A stretch of 62,448 bases of DNA, counting the filler, from Choristocarpus tenellus KU-1152 (Eukaryota > Protista > Phaeophyceae): NCBI GenBank assembly GCA_964200185.2. It is 10 parts of 10 records of this genome, joined end to end, with 100 filler letters (N's around TTAATTAATTAA, not from the genome) between each part and the next. Parts side by side here need not be neighbours in the genome. Positions count along the whole stretch, not along the records: positions 11,040 to 15,908 come from CAXNAD020012722.1; positions 16,009 to 25,233 come from CAXNAD020003861.1; 8 more parts are not named here. The stretch is one strand, 5' to 3'. Positions 11,676-25,233 of the stretch are shown piece after piece (the first letter of the stretch is position 1; the number at the start of each line of letters is the position of its first letter). The notes under the pieces were generated by a model, which was given only the letters and a program-made list of their open reading frames with translations, was not told where the DNA came from and did not search any database. Made by a program: the position numbers and the translations under genes.

Positions 11676-14600
11676 AGAAGGTATAAAATCAACAACCACA
11701 GTGGGGTCAATAATAATCTGAACAAGAACCGACATATTGTGTGGCAGAAGTATGCAAGTCAAGAGGTCAAATTGCTCACCATGACAACAACAGGGGCATA
11801 CCTTCTCAAACAGAAGACTACGTATTGCACCATCAGTAGCGGCGAGGGAGAGCAGCATGTAATGCTACCGGTCCATCTAGGCGCTTGTTGAAAAAGTTGA
11901 ACTATCTCCTCTCTCTTATAAGGCGATAGATTGCCGCATCTGACGTACACGAGCTACAAGACAGTCCTCGAAATTGCCGAAACAATGCAGTATTACAATA
12001 GATAGTTCTCGTTGAAGAGATCGATGTGTTACAAATACTTGGAAAAAAAATTACACCAACTACCCCTCACACTGAATCTAAGCCCTGGTCTTTTGAAATG
12101 CTCTAAAATTGACCCTCTGTGCCCATAATCGTCTTCTATCCTCCTATGTGTTGTTCACTGTGTTGAAATAGTTTCACCTGAATCATTTTCGCACTCCCCA
12201 TTGTCGACTTCATCTTCCTCTTCGTGTGTGACCCCACCCTGCAGTGCGCCTTCATATTCTTTCACCACCCTCACTGCAGCCAATGCTATAGCACGTACAC
12301 CTTCACATGTAAGAGCAGTTGACCCATTCTCTCCCTCCTCTCCTCTTTGAAGTACACTGCAATTCCCAAACCTGCTTACACCACCACAATCAGCATACTT
12401 ATCCGAGGACATCTGTTCGCCACTGCCTTTCTTGTGTTTGCTCTGTCCCCATGATAATTGCTTTGGAAGGAAAGGAGAGACGAGGGCTTCCACACCTCCA
12501 GCAACAACATTTGAGGAGTTGGCAAGGAGTTTTCGTGTCTGTGATGGACAGCAGTCATGAGTGCGGCAGTGGGGTTAAGAGGTGTTCAAATGGGTTTGTG
12601 GAGTAGGTAATTGAGAGGAAATATTTGCCTCAAGGTGAAAGGCCGGCACATATGTTATAAAAATACTCCATTATGATTAAATGATAAATGAAAGATGTGG
12701 GATAGATATTGCAGCATCGCTGAAGCTTTGTCTCCATTCTTGAGGGTGAAGGACAGATTATCTTCTGTTGGCATGATGAGTATGTTCATGAAGAAGTGCG
12801 AAATGATTTTGATGACTTGAGCACAAGATAATTAGGAACGGGTACAGGGCCGCTTGTCAAACCCAACGTGCACGGACTTCTTGGTACTGTATATATAATA
12901 ATCACACATGAAGTTTTTATCATTATCCTGATGGGCGATAAAATTCTCTATGTAAAGTTTCCTATGCCTGGGATTCTGGGATCGAGTATGTGCCCTCGTT
13001 TTCTTCTTTTAATATATTTCATCTTCCGTACGATACTGTCGAATCGAGTCTCTGTCAAACTTCTGGAATCTGTCAACCTCTGGATGGGTGCTATTACCAG
13101 GTTGCTTTTCCAAGGTTGCCGATTATTTCAACCCCTTTGTGAGTCCTTTGAGGTATGTTTTGGCAAAGGAAGACTTACATAGCAAGAAAATTTCAAACCC
13201 AACAAATCACCAAACAAACTTTGGGCTCAAGAGCCCTTGCAAATATCTGCAACTTCCAAATCCTTCCTGAACATGCCCTCTATTAATCTCCCCATACTAC
13301 TTTGCAACTCGATCTTCAACTTCTCCCTAGGCTCTGCTAAAATAATCCTTGCCCAAGCCAAATCTATCTTGTAGGTTCTATCTCTCACGCTGCCCTCAAA
13401 CTAAAATCCCACACACTAATCAAATATCTTGGTGTAATATTATCCATCACCAAAGTATAACCTGAGCAAAGTACCTGTTGCATCCCATCCCCAACCCCAT
13501 TAATATTTGTTCTGTTCTTGTTCACAAATTACGAAAAAAAAATACACCTCCCTGACAGAGTTGACCAAGAATTATCTCATCGCTCTTGCTCTTTATTGAC
13601 CGCTCTCCATCCAACTCACTGATCCCACTTTGACTGCACCAACATAACGAGTCTCAAAACGCTTTTTACCTGAGGAATGTTCCAAGAATCCCTGTACAAA
13701 TCTCTGAATAGAAGGAAGGCATTGTCTCGAATCAAGCGCAGCTTGTCCATTGAATGCGCTTCCTTCCCCTCATCCCTCAATAGGGGATACAACTCTTGCA
13801 TTGCCCTGATACTGTTCACCTAGCACATATCAACAGGGAGTGGTTCCGAGAGATGGAATCAGTGGGGTGTATGGGACACACCGATGGAAGATGTGAGTTG
13901 TACCGTTTGGGTATGTGTTTGGCCAGTGAGGGAGTGTTCAGAGTGGCATCAAGAAAAAAAAACAATGCTGATATTGAGGAGTGGGATGTTGCATTATAGA
14001 TGCTTCTCATTTGCTCAACAGCATGTAACATATTTGATCGGAGTGTTTCCTACCCCTAAGCCACACCATTGCCCTCTCTATTGCTGAAGTACTACCTAGT
14101 AGTTCTACTTGCCCTAATATAGAGTAGCCACAAGGCACTACAGACAAACGTATTTTAGCAAGCAAATCGTCACATCTACACATTGCACCTGTTGAACGAG
14201 CACAGTAGCTTATAAGAAAGTCCCAATCTTCTACCTGAGTATGGTAATCAAAGCCCTAGCTGCAACCATATCCTAAGCCCTACCGTCCATGCCCCGTTGT
14301 ACATCAAACGTCAAGTCAATCACACCCACCTGGGGTCCAACATGTATGGTAATGGTGGCCGTTGGTCGTGATGTCTGCAGGTTTGCCAATATCTCGTCAA
14401 CAGCAGTGGCTGGTCTGGTCAGGGGGGACAATGCCCACATTGCGGCAGGTGGTTCACCCACCATAGGCGTGCAAATTGCCCCAGTTCTGGTAGCCTAAAC
14501 AAAAACCAGTTGAGTGCATATGCCAAGCAGATCAGTGAACATCCTGACGCCAATATGTTAGTAATCATCACCTTGTGGTAACAAAACCAAGCCACCACAA

Positions 14601-15090
14601 CAGGGAAGATTCTGTTGAGTACTTGTAAACACTTTCTATTTTTTTACATCTGCCATGCTTATTAGGTTTTGGATCGATGTATGCCGATAGTCACAACATT
14701 GTATAAAAGTAAGCCCTTTGAAAAAGTCTTAATATGATTAATCCTTGGATATAAACCAAGAGTGTCTTAGGGGGTTCTTCTTAACCTCTGCTACAATTAT
14801 ATTAATTCCTGTTGCTTGAGTTTTCATTTCCTACTTATTCTCCTAATGGACCAAAGGACTGTGAAGCATATACCCAATGTCCCCTTGCCGCTATAATTGT
14901 GACTGTGCTACTACTTCAGACTTTGTGTATTTCTCAGTTATGTCCAGCCGAAAATGTTTAAGGGTGACCATTACAATATCGTCATGACGACTAACTATGA
15001 ACAATGCAATTTCTCCCTTCCCTGTGTCCTCTAGTCTGCTGTCATATGATGTGGGTGGATGAGCTATGGTTTTATTCTAAACTATCCAGA

Positions 15091-15349
15091 GAGTCAAAGC
15101 ATCTTAGAGGGTAGAGCTGTGTCCATTTGGGGGCCAGAACCCGATGTTACGATTTTGACGAAAATTTTGGCTGTCGTATTTGTTAGCAGTCTCAGTATCC
15201 TTGTTCTGGACGCACCTTTTCATAATGTATACATTTTTCTACTCCGAAACGTTTCAGAGTAGGTAAAATGTAATAAAAAAAAACGCGGGAAGCAAAGCCG
15301 CAAACGGACAAACAGGGCAAAATACGTACCCTCTAAGATACTGTAACTC
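15091..15349 (-). mobile_element. MITE family A copy, reverse orientation, 3-bp TSD AGA
   Basis: aga|gagtcaaagcatcttagagggtag...taccctctaagatactgtaactc|aga. Confidence 0.9.
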
Positions 15350-15734
15350 AGACTGACATAAATCAAAGTAAATAGTGTTAGTGGTGTTGGTTGGTAGAAA
15401 CACTTAAGCAATCATTGGTTTAGCCTTGGTTACCAAGTATCTTTTCCATTCTTTTAATATTATATTGAATTGCAAAATACCATTCCAATGGAAGGATCTA
15501 AAGCATATTGACATAGCCTTGGACAGTGAGCCAAGGTGCGTCCTGTTTTCTCAAGGGACGTTTTCACATACACGGAGAACTTCTGAACTACCTCGGCAGG
15601 TGAAGGTTTTATGCTGATGTCACAACACCATCCTTCTCAAGCCCCATAGTCCAGGAATCCTTTCCCACCTTGTCAATTCCATACATAGACCAAGTGGAAC
15701 CTCATGAAATGCATGGCATATGCTTGAGCCAAAG

Positions 15735-15908
15735 GACTCAAAGTATCTGGGGGGGGGGGGATGGCGGCTGTCCGTTTGAGGCCCATTTTCCATGTCGCGA
15801 TTTTTGAGTTATTTGGTCGCATGCGTCAGATGGATAATGTAGGTTCACTTCTCCTGGTCAGGGACCGAATGGACACCCCCTGGTTTAGAGGCGCCCGCCC
15901 CCCACCCC
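15735..15908 (+). mobile_element. MITE family B copy truncated at the contig end
   Basis: gactcaaagtatctggggggggggggatggcggctgtccgtttg...aatggacacccc, collinear with 11494-11675. Confidence 0.85.
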
Positions 15909-16471
15909 NNNNNNNNNNNNNNNNNNNNNNNNNNNNNNNNNNNNNNNNNNNNTTAATTAATTAANNNNNNNNNNNNNNNNNNNNNNNNNNNNNNNNNNNN
16001 NNNNNNNNGGGGGAACAAGACATAATATAGTACCACTGTTATGAGGTCTATATCATGAAAGCAATATATGATCACTCCTTTTTCTTCTACAGTCCATTTT
16101 TTTTCCCCTCTTTGTAATACGTATGTATTTCCTGTGTTTGTCGTCGTTCTTTTCGATGATGGGTCTGGAATGCTTTACAAATCAGACGAATGACAAAAAA
16201 ATGTACTAATAAATAAGTATAATAGTATTAACTTTTCATTATACAAAATTGGTCAAATCCTCTTTCTTGCAAATCGTAGAATCGTAGTAGTCAGGGTTAG
16301 ACGTCATTGAAGAACTTTTGAAACTGGACAACCAAATATTCAATGTAATATTGGGACAACTGGAAGGAAGGTCATACATAATGCAGATGCACCTCTTAGG
16401 TAATGAACGCGAGGTCTCTGCAGCCCAGCTGTGGAGACATACTTCTTGGGTCTGATCCTCGTCATCACTAG

Positions 16472-19400
16472 ATGCTCTTGACTCTTCGGAGAATTCCCAC
16501 CCTTTCTAGCGAACGTAGTTTGTCAGTTATGCAGCGAATCGCTATGAAATCAAGGCGGTTTTTCTCTTTGCGGGCTGCAGAGCCAGTGCGCCCATCAACG
16601 CTTTCCGAGTTGCCATTCTTCCCCATGGACGATCGAAGGGGTGTTTGTGTTGTTGGTGCTGGAAGAATGGGGATGATCAGGGCTGGGGGTGTCTTGAGCA
16701 ACCCGGGTACCATCCTGACAGCTGTGGTCGACACTGATCGTGAGAAGTCAGTCGCGTTAGCCAAACACCTGTGCGTCCCTGCCTTCAGGTGACCCATCTG
16801 CACCTCAGTTTTGTCTGGCATGTCTTTTTTTTTTCCTCCCTCTTGCTCAGTTATGCGAGACTCCACCTGGTCTTTCCTCGACCAATTTTGAAGGGGGTGG
16901 ACAGAAGGCGCACCACCAAATCTGCCCTCAGTATAGTCTAATCCGACTCGTCGTGTCTGGGGTAGTTCTCATTCTCCCCCAACCAATGCATGAGTACCTT
17001 AACTAACTATACCTTCCTGGTCATACTTCGCAAATGACGAACTTTCTTAGATCACTGCAAGATGCCCTGGGAGATCCTCGTTGCGATGCTGTGTGGGTGT
17101 CAGGACCCACCCCATCCCACAAAGAGACCATCATACTGGCCGCCGAGGCGGGCAAGGCATGTGCTTACGTTAGGATTTATCTGTTAACTTGTATCTGTGG
17201 TTTTAATTTGATTACACGCTCTTTTGTTTCCGTCGTCTGCCCTTGCTTCATGAGGCATGTAGTTTGTCAGTGGTCCTAATTATTTTTTCTCTCTGGTCCC
17301 CCCGTTCCTGGTCTCTCAGGCGGTTGCCGTGGAAAAGCCTGTGGCAACCACTGTCGATGACATCCTGGAGTGCCACAAGGTCTGTGAGGCGAATGGTGTT
17401 CCACTCTTCTGTTCCTACCAAAGGTGAAGAACCTGTTCTTCACCCAGTCTACCTTCAGATTCCTTACGAAAACACACTGAAACGTAGAGGAGATATAGAT
17501 TGATTGACCGAGGAAAGAGTAAAAGAAGGAGAGAAGGATTATTCCTGTAAATGGTAGTTAGAGGAAGAACGACCACATTTCAAGCACAATGAAGTCTACG
17601 GTTCCCATAGTAGAGCTGGTTGGGAGTGAGGTGGTTTTTGGATACTCAGACAATGACTTTCACGAAGTAATCTAGACTTTTCAATGGACTACTTTTATCA
17701 TGGCAAGTCCTTTCGTCCACAACTACGATGAAATATTTTGCATTGCTCCACACCGCGCACCCTCTTGTCACAAAGGCACATTTTTTTGGACCTGAATAAC
17801 TGAAGTAGACCACCTCATTCCACACACCGTTGTCAACAAACCATTGCTTTGTTACATTGTTGACACTCTTCTGTCCCCTCACACACTTCCAATCGCCCCT
17901 CAAGCCTCCCCAACCCTGAACTGTCCCAAGTATCCTGCTCAAGCTCTAAAGTACATATTACTTTTGAAAGCTTATTTTTTCACAAGCACAACTGGATATC
18001 AAATGAACACCACATGCAATTGCATTTGTCCTGTATTGGACCTGATCATATTATGAATTAATGTTCTACCACATTTCATCCAGGCGAACGGACCAATCTT
18101 TCACACAGCTAGCAGCTGCAGTACGGGCAGGTGAAGTTGGACATGTTCGCTCTGTGAGGGCTGTGTTCCGAGATCACCCTACCCCGACATTAGAGTTTCT
18201 CAAAGAGGTGCGGTTATTGCAAAGAGATACGTAGCAGCAGGGGCATTGTGTTGCATGGTTAAATTGCAAATTTATGGTCCCAAAAAAGTCAAATAATGGG
18301 GAAACTTGAAGCACTGCTGGTAAGTTTGAGCATACATCAAATCTTCTTCCTAAAGATCAAAGTTTCTCTTGCTTGCATTGGGTTATCAGCAGGCCTTCCC
18401 TCAGAATATGAACTGCCTTCCTATTGACTTAGTGTGATGGGAATGGGGATAGTTCTTGCAGTCCTGAGAGAGCTCATCCATCATTCTATTCCTTGGTCAA
18501 TGAATGTGCAACAGTGGCAGTACATCAAGCTTTCATATGTGTAGCTGGCATACTGGCCCACTGAAAACTTGAGTGATATTGAAATGGAAGACATTTTTTT
18601 TGTGTGTTCTTTGTCCTTGGCAACATTTTCCCTCTGACTGCCTTTGTGCATCACTGTCCATTAAAATTCACCCTCACTTTTGTTGATAGGAGTGATTTTG
18701 TGAGCAGTCTTTTTGTGCATGCTGAACATTTTTGCACCACACCCCCATCCCACCCCACACACTTCTCTTTGCCTGTGTGCCATGTCCTTCCACACTAAAC
18801 ACAAATGTCGTGTGGGACCATCTTGACAGGGAGGAGATATATTCCACGACCTGGCGCCACATGACATCGATTTTGTATGCTTTAGTTTAGGCCTGGGTGA
18901 CCCCACTGAGGTGAGGTTGAGAGTACTTTTGGAGGGCAGTTTTTTCTTGCTTCATATTGCTAGGCCCAAGCCTTCACTCAACTGAATTAAGCTGGGTGCT
19001 GCTTATGGATCTAGGTATGATAAGCACAGTTTAGTTGGATACTTAAATCAGAGTTGTACCTCTTTGGACTAGGAAAGCATATTATGTGTAAGTTAAATAA
19101 TTCACTGAGATGTGTGGGACAACCATGTGTGTGGTGGCATAATTTGTGTGAGACAAAGACCCATACATTGTTTGTGGAGAATTGTCTTGAAATAGTGTTT
19201 GAGATTTTTAAAAGAGGGTAAATGAACAAATCATTCACTGTCTGCTAAGACAGAATCTATTGATCAAAGAAGGTGTAACCGAGCAGGAGTTGAACCCTGA
19301 ACATCGTTGAGTAGATTCTTCACGCAACACAGGTAGTTTTCCCTCTTATCAACTGATGAAAATTTAGGTAAAAACCATATGGACATCTGAAATAGACTTT

Positions 19401-22300
19401 TGTCAAGGTGTGCATGTTTGCAGCAATAGGAGTTGTACACCAGTATGACTCGAACTTTCCCCATGAACTAATTGATTAGTTGTACATCTGTAAAGGTTGG
19501 GTGGTATTAAACATTTAGCCACAGATGATTGAACAACTTTAAACATGATATCTGGATGTGTACCAGTCCCACTGAATTTTGTTGAGGGGGTCAGGGTTGA
19601 AATCAGAGACGGTAGGATTGGGGTGGGTTGGGCAGCAGCCTACTGGGAAAAATGTCCCTTTCGGTCATTGCTGCCATGAGAGCAGAAAGAACGCCCATGG
19701 TTGGTCGCTAATACAACAGTGTAGATGGAATTGCTGAAGGTTTAACACACTGTGTTGTGTCCTGCCATGATGTTTTGGCATCTTCTTGTCTGACCATCCC
19801 ATGAACAAAATTGGATGAATATTTCCGAATCTGGTTTAGACGAGTCACCTTGTGAGTGGTCCAATGGGCACTGTACTGTGCATCTTTTGAGTTGAGACTG
19901 TTGATCTGTCCCAGCTCCATGGTTAGACCCACTGCTGGGTGATGATATTCCACTGGATAGCCAGGTAGGTATCTCTTAGTCTTGTGTTGTACGCCGATTC
20001 TCTCTGGCATATGCCAAAATGTGGAATAGCCCCTTCCTCCATAAACGTAGATATGATTTCTTTTGTTGACATATCCTCTCCCCCTTGCCCCTCTGCCCCA
20101 GTCTCCTTCAAGTGTCATCTTTTGGGTATGTGACTGCCTTGTATTAGGGAAGACTCTTTGACAAATCAAGCAGCAACTACCAACCCACAAGTGCATCCCC
20201 CCCCCCCCTCCCGCCCCTTCCCCCCCTAGAGCACACAGGTAAGCACTTCCCCCTCAACTCACATTTTGGAACCCTTGTCCATGGCTTTCATCGCCTTTCA
20301 AGGTGTATGCCACAGCGACAAGCTTCCAGTCGGAGCTGGAGGAGTGTGGAGTGAAGGACACTGCTGCCTGCATGTTTAGATTCAGCTCTGGTGTTACCTT
20401 TACTTTGGAAATGACACGCAGCAGCGCCTACGGTTATGACAACCGCATAGAGGTGCGCTGCTGGATGAAAGGGGGTGGCTAGGTGTGGAGAAAGAGGGGG
20501 TAGTTGTTACCTGTGAGAACTAAAAAATGTTGGAATTTGACCCTTGAGCAGTGTTTTTGGGAGATGAAGCACATCAGGCAACGCATGGTGACTAGATCTG
20601 AACTGATTGTCATGAAGTTACTGTGCCTTATTTGCTTCTCTCAGATTTCCTTTGATGATGATGTTGTAGGGGCATTGCTCATTGCAGAATGTCATAGCAG
20701 TTCAGGAGGCTATGGTATTGCCCTGATAGATGTAAGGCTTATGGTTAGAACTGCTTCTTGGCTGGACACAGAAGACTGTGTTCCAATTTTGATTTTGAAG
20801 CACAGGTGGTAGATTTTATTTATGTTGAAACGTATACTTGCATCCATACCTGGGGATGACTTTTTTACCTCTTTCTCAAAACAATTTTTCTTTTTTTAAC
20901 AGTTGAATGGTACTTCACAGGTTTATATTGATTATGGGCCAAACCACATTTGTTAAGACTACTGTTTTTGATTAGAGCACTATGATATCAAGCATTGTTC
21001 GGGGAAGAGTATGAGGTGGGGTGAGGGCATGCTACTTTTGTGATTAGCATCTGGAGGACAGCAGTGATGGTTCATTTGCTTGCTGTTGTGCTTGTTTATT
21101 TCTTTTTCTTGGCTGTCTAAGGAGGGAGATTTTCTTAAAGGTCTGACATCATACAGTGTTTCATGACCTCCAATTTTGATACTTGACTGTAGATGGTAGC
21201 TGCAGAGGGTGGATATTGGTTTATTATCCTTAGAGTTTCCTTTCCGTTGTTTTTCCCTGTATAGTGTGATTCTATTTCTAGCAATGAGAAAGGAGTTGGT
21301 GAGGCCCCTGTTTGGATAATGACTCTGACAACTGGTGCATCATATGCATACTCCCTACCCTACCTCCCCTGTTTAAATCTATGCATCAGGTTCACTCCCA
21401 CGCTCAAGGCACCATGGAAATCCTTACGTCCAAAGCATTTTTAGCTCTAGCAAGGAAGTGATGTGTACTCCACGCCATCACACTCACCAACCTACCCCTG
21501 CATCTGCCCCTCTCCCCTCATACACTGCAGGTGGTGGGTGATAAAGGTATGCTCGAGGTGCTAAATCCCCCGAGGAACAGCTTGAAGTTCTCCTCAGAGA
21601 AGGGATGCACTGGGGGGCGTCCAGACCATTCCTTCCCAGAGCGCTACCGGCAGGTGTGAGAAATAGGTGAAAAAATGGTTTCTGTTACTGTGTATTTCTT
21701 TTCTTGACAGGCACTCCCTGGCAGCAAGAAAATGTAGGGTTCACAGCAGGGTTGGCAGTGCACAAGTTCTCTATGTTTTATTGAAGGATCTTACCTCATA
21801 TTCTGGGTTGGGGTTTGGTGTAGGGTTGAAGGAAGTCATTCTGCTGTGAGGCAACTGGGGTACCTTACCTGTTACCAGGCACATTACCACTGTGATGCAT
21901 TTTGTGGTTAGAATTTCCTGTGGAGATTTGCCCCCATCTCCATTCACTACTGTGTACACTACATCATCATCCCTCTGGTGTGCAAAGGCCCGACCCAACT
22001 CCTGTCCCTTCAAGTGCAAATGCTATGTTCAAAGCCATCGTCTTTCCCCACACCCCCCATCTCTACAGTAGGTCATGAACCCTGCCAATCTTTTCTCAAG
22101 TGATAACTTTTGCACTATATCTTTCCACCACACAGGCCTACATCTCTGAGGTTGGGGCCTTTGAGCAGATGATTCGGGGCCTCGCTGAGCCGCCTGTTAC
22201 ATGCATTCAGTCATGTCACACCTCTGTCATTGCAGAGGCAGCTTCGCAATCTGCAGCGACAGGAGGCCCTGTCCGCATCTCATTTGATGGGATCTGCTGA
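16472..22300 (+). CDS. Gfo/Idh/MocA-family NAD(P)-dependent oxidoreductase, myo-inositol 2-dehydrogenase-like, with a probable mitochondrial presequence
   Basis: Exons 16472-16788, 17051-17156, 17320-17423, 18084-18207, 18830-18910, 20303-20452, 21531-21653, 22136-22300 splice in frame. Motifs: VVGAGRMG (Rossmann), AGKAVAVEKP, YQRR.D, GGDIFHDLAPHDID, YGYDNRIEVVGDKG, FPERYRQAY..E. The start Met is uncertain. Confidence 0.92.
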
Positions 22301-23918
22301 TGGATGCCTGTGCTCCATCAAGGATACATTGTTCTCTTGTGCCTTGCCCCCTTGACCCAATTATCTGGGGGAGGGACGGTGCAGCAATGCAAGGGGCAAA
22401 GGAAACATTTGGTTATTGAATAACTGGTTGCGATTGATTGATAAGGAGATTGAGGCAGATCAACCACCATCGTGGGGATTGGATAAGAAATTTTGATGTG
22501 TTCCTTCCATGCCAAGAGAGACGGGACCCTATATATATATTTTTTTAGGCCTATTTAATACCTTTTGCTTGCTTCAAAAGGAGGTTGATTCGTATACTAG
22601 ACATGTTGACTCAGGCATGGTACTGTTGATGGGATGGAAGTAATGTTGTGGTATGGTGACTAAGAATGGAACACGCATATGCCAGGGGTTTGGTCCTAGT
22701 TTTATTTGTTTTATTCTCCGCATCACGTATGGAAATACTTTTCATCATTCGCAAGCATGCTCAAACAACACTTCTGTATTGTTGGAAGATAGTCTGTCCA
22801 GAGCTCTGCTGGTGCAGAGGCACAGGTGAGGCGATGATGTGGTGATTTGAGGCTTGTGTTGTGTATTTCAAGAGTGCAGTTGGATGTGTGCATACCGAGC
22901 GATTTGTCATAATTGGTGATGGATATCAATCCATCCTTGTTGTGCTGCCCTGAAGCTGAGGATTTTTGTTGATTCAAGTTTGTTACGGTTTTCTCTTGTG
23001 AAATGGGAAGGGATTTGGGGATTAGAATTACCTGTAGAAACTTCATCTGTGTATGTGTATGAACTTGCGTAGGTCTGAGGGGCAGGGGGGTGAGGGGGGT
23101 AGGATGAGGGCATTGCTTTGTGTTTTGTAGAGAAATAAGTCGTTTTGGCCTCCTTGGTTGTCTCCTGCTGCATGCCAATATTGCTGCCCTTCAGCACATC
23201 AGAGGAATATTTTGCCCACTGAGCTGACAAAATCGTTTTTGGAGTCAACTTTCAAGTTTCTTTTCTGCCTCTTACAGCTCTTCTTATGGAGGGAGAACAC
23301 AATAGAAGTAAAGACTACCTTCAGAAGTCAGAGTTTTCCTCACTACAGTGATTTTTTAAAATATTGCCCATCAAGGTATTCATTTTTTATTTATTTATTC
23401 CAAGTGCTCAGTAGGTCATAATTCCCTTGAATAGTGGATAGAAGAAGTTTAGATAGGTGTCGCTTCCATATCAAGGGAGGACCACCCCAACTATTTGTTA
23501 CAGTCCGACTCCGGAATATTGTCAAAGGGTTGAAATCATGTCTTGGATATAAAGGAGTCTTTGTTTCGTTTCCTTTTTGTTTTGCCCTTCATATTAGAAA
23601 TGCAATCACTCACATTTATTTGCCAGCTGCACATTTCTAGTTTTTAATTTCCAATCTCCATGATTGATTACAAAAATAGTGTACATGTTATATACCCATA
23701 CCACATACACCATTGGTACATCAAAGACAGGCTGATAATATTGTTTTGGTGTTGTTGGAGAGCAAATAAAGAATGATGGTGTATCCAATTTGACAAAGGT
23801 ACATATAATCCCACTCTGGCACTACCCCAAATTTTCCTGCCAACTGGATGGTTGGAAGGATAAAGAAGGGGCCGTCCAGAGAGGGTCTTTAAACTTTGTT
23901 TGGTCTCACAATATAGTA

Positions 23919-25233
23919 CTTCCTTCAGAATTACATTTAATGACCCATATATGTGATAAATATTGAGGGCAAGGCTTAGTTCTCATATAGTGGGAGGCGT
24001 GCAAAATTTGAGAGGGTGGGCTGTCGAGACTATGGAGGATCACCAGTACAAAATTGACCAAGCCGCAAATGACGGGATTCAAAAACTTCATGAAAATGTC
24101 AAAGTTGGTGTTTATTGGGATGCCTAGGGCGAAGGTCCCCTGTCGTTCGAGCTGCTCGCTCATCCTGCCATTGCCCATTATTGGTCCCACTTCTTTGACT
24201 CAGAAGTCTGTCTGGGGTCAGGACTCAAACACCCCAGCGAGGAATAATGCAGTGGCGTAAGGCTTGAGGCAAGAGGGTGCGAGACTCGGATGTCTCGGGG
24301 AACAGTGGTGGCTATCCTGGAGGACTTCGGAATTTTCCGAATCACCATGTTCCGTCATCTGAAGGAGTATGACAGCCAGATCACATAGGGTGAATGCATG
24401 GACCTTGTATGAGTATCCTCAACATTTGAGATGTGCCATCAATATACCGCGCATCCTTATGCAAATAGGCGGCCAAAGCTGGGTTATCCCTTGTCTCGTT
24501 GTAGGATCTGTGCAAGCGTGAGAAGGTGAGGAAAGTCAAACAGTGGATTAATGGATTAGGTCAGTCCTCTCAGACCAGCAGAAAGCCAACATGGTAAAAA
24601 CCCACAGAATAAAGGTTACATTATGAAGCTGGTGTTCCTTGCAGCTGTGGCCAGCCCTAGGAATTCCTCCAATGGGGTGTGGTTCAATGGGAAAATCGGG
24701 ATCTGGTCAATCGTGGACACTAAGGTCGCTCAGCGCTCCTGCAAACACCGACCCAAGGGCACCAAGGTGCTTGTGCCAGTCATGGTGAATGGGAAGAGGT
24801 ATATGAAGCACATGATTGAGGATATATCATCCTTGCAATCAAGGCCTGCATGCCTAGGCAGAAAGGATACACCACCTTAGTTCAGGACAGGGCAAAGTCA
24901 CACACCAAGGGGGGGATCATGGAGGCAATCAAGGAGGCAGCGTGGGACGAGGTTGTCATAGAGACCTAGCCAGTCAACTCACCTGACCTCAACGTCAACG
25001 ACCTGGGATTTTTCATTCCATCCAGCGACTGAAAGAAGACGTGGGGGTGACCAACACAAAGGAGCTGGTGGAGGCCACAATGGAGGTGTTTGATGCGTAT
25101 CCCCGCAAGACATTAGAGCACATCTGGAAGAGCCTCTTTGCAGTCTACGGTGAAATGCTAGGGTCCAAGGGTGACAGCGTCTTCAAATTCCCAATTTTAG
25201 AACGGAAAAGGCTGAGAAGTCGGGTAAGCCCCC
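23919..25233 (+). mobile_element. Decayed plant-mariner-like (DD39D/L18-related) transposon, cut off by the contig end
   Basis: Reads KLVFLAAVASPR, WFNGKIGIW, QDRAKSH, *PVNSPDLNVNDLGFF, ELVEAT.E.F..YP...LE.IW.SL with stops and frameshifts. A possible left end TA|CTTCCTTCAG lies at 23917-23928. Confidence 0.85.
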
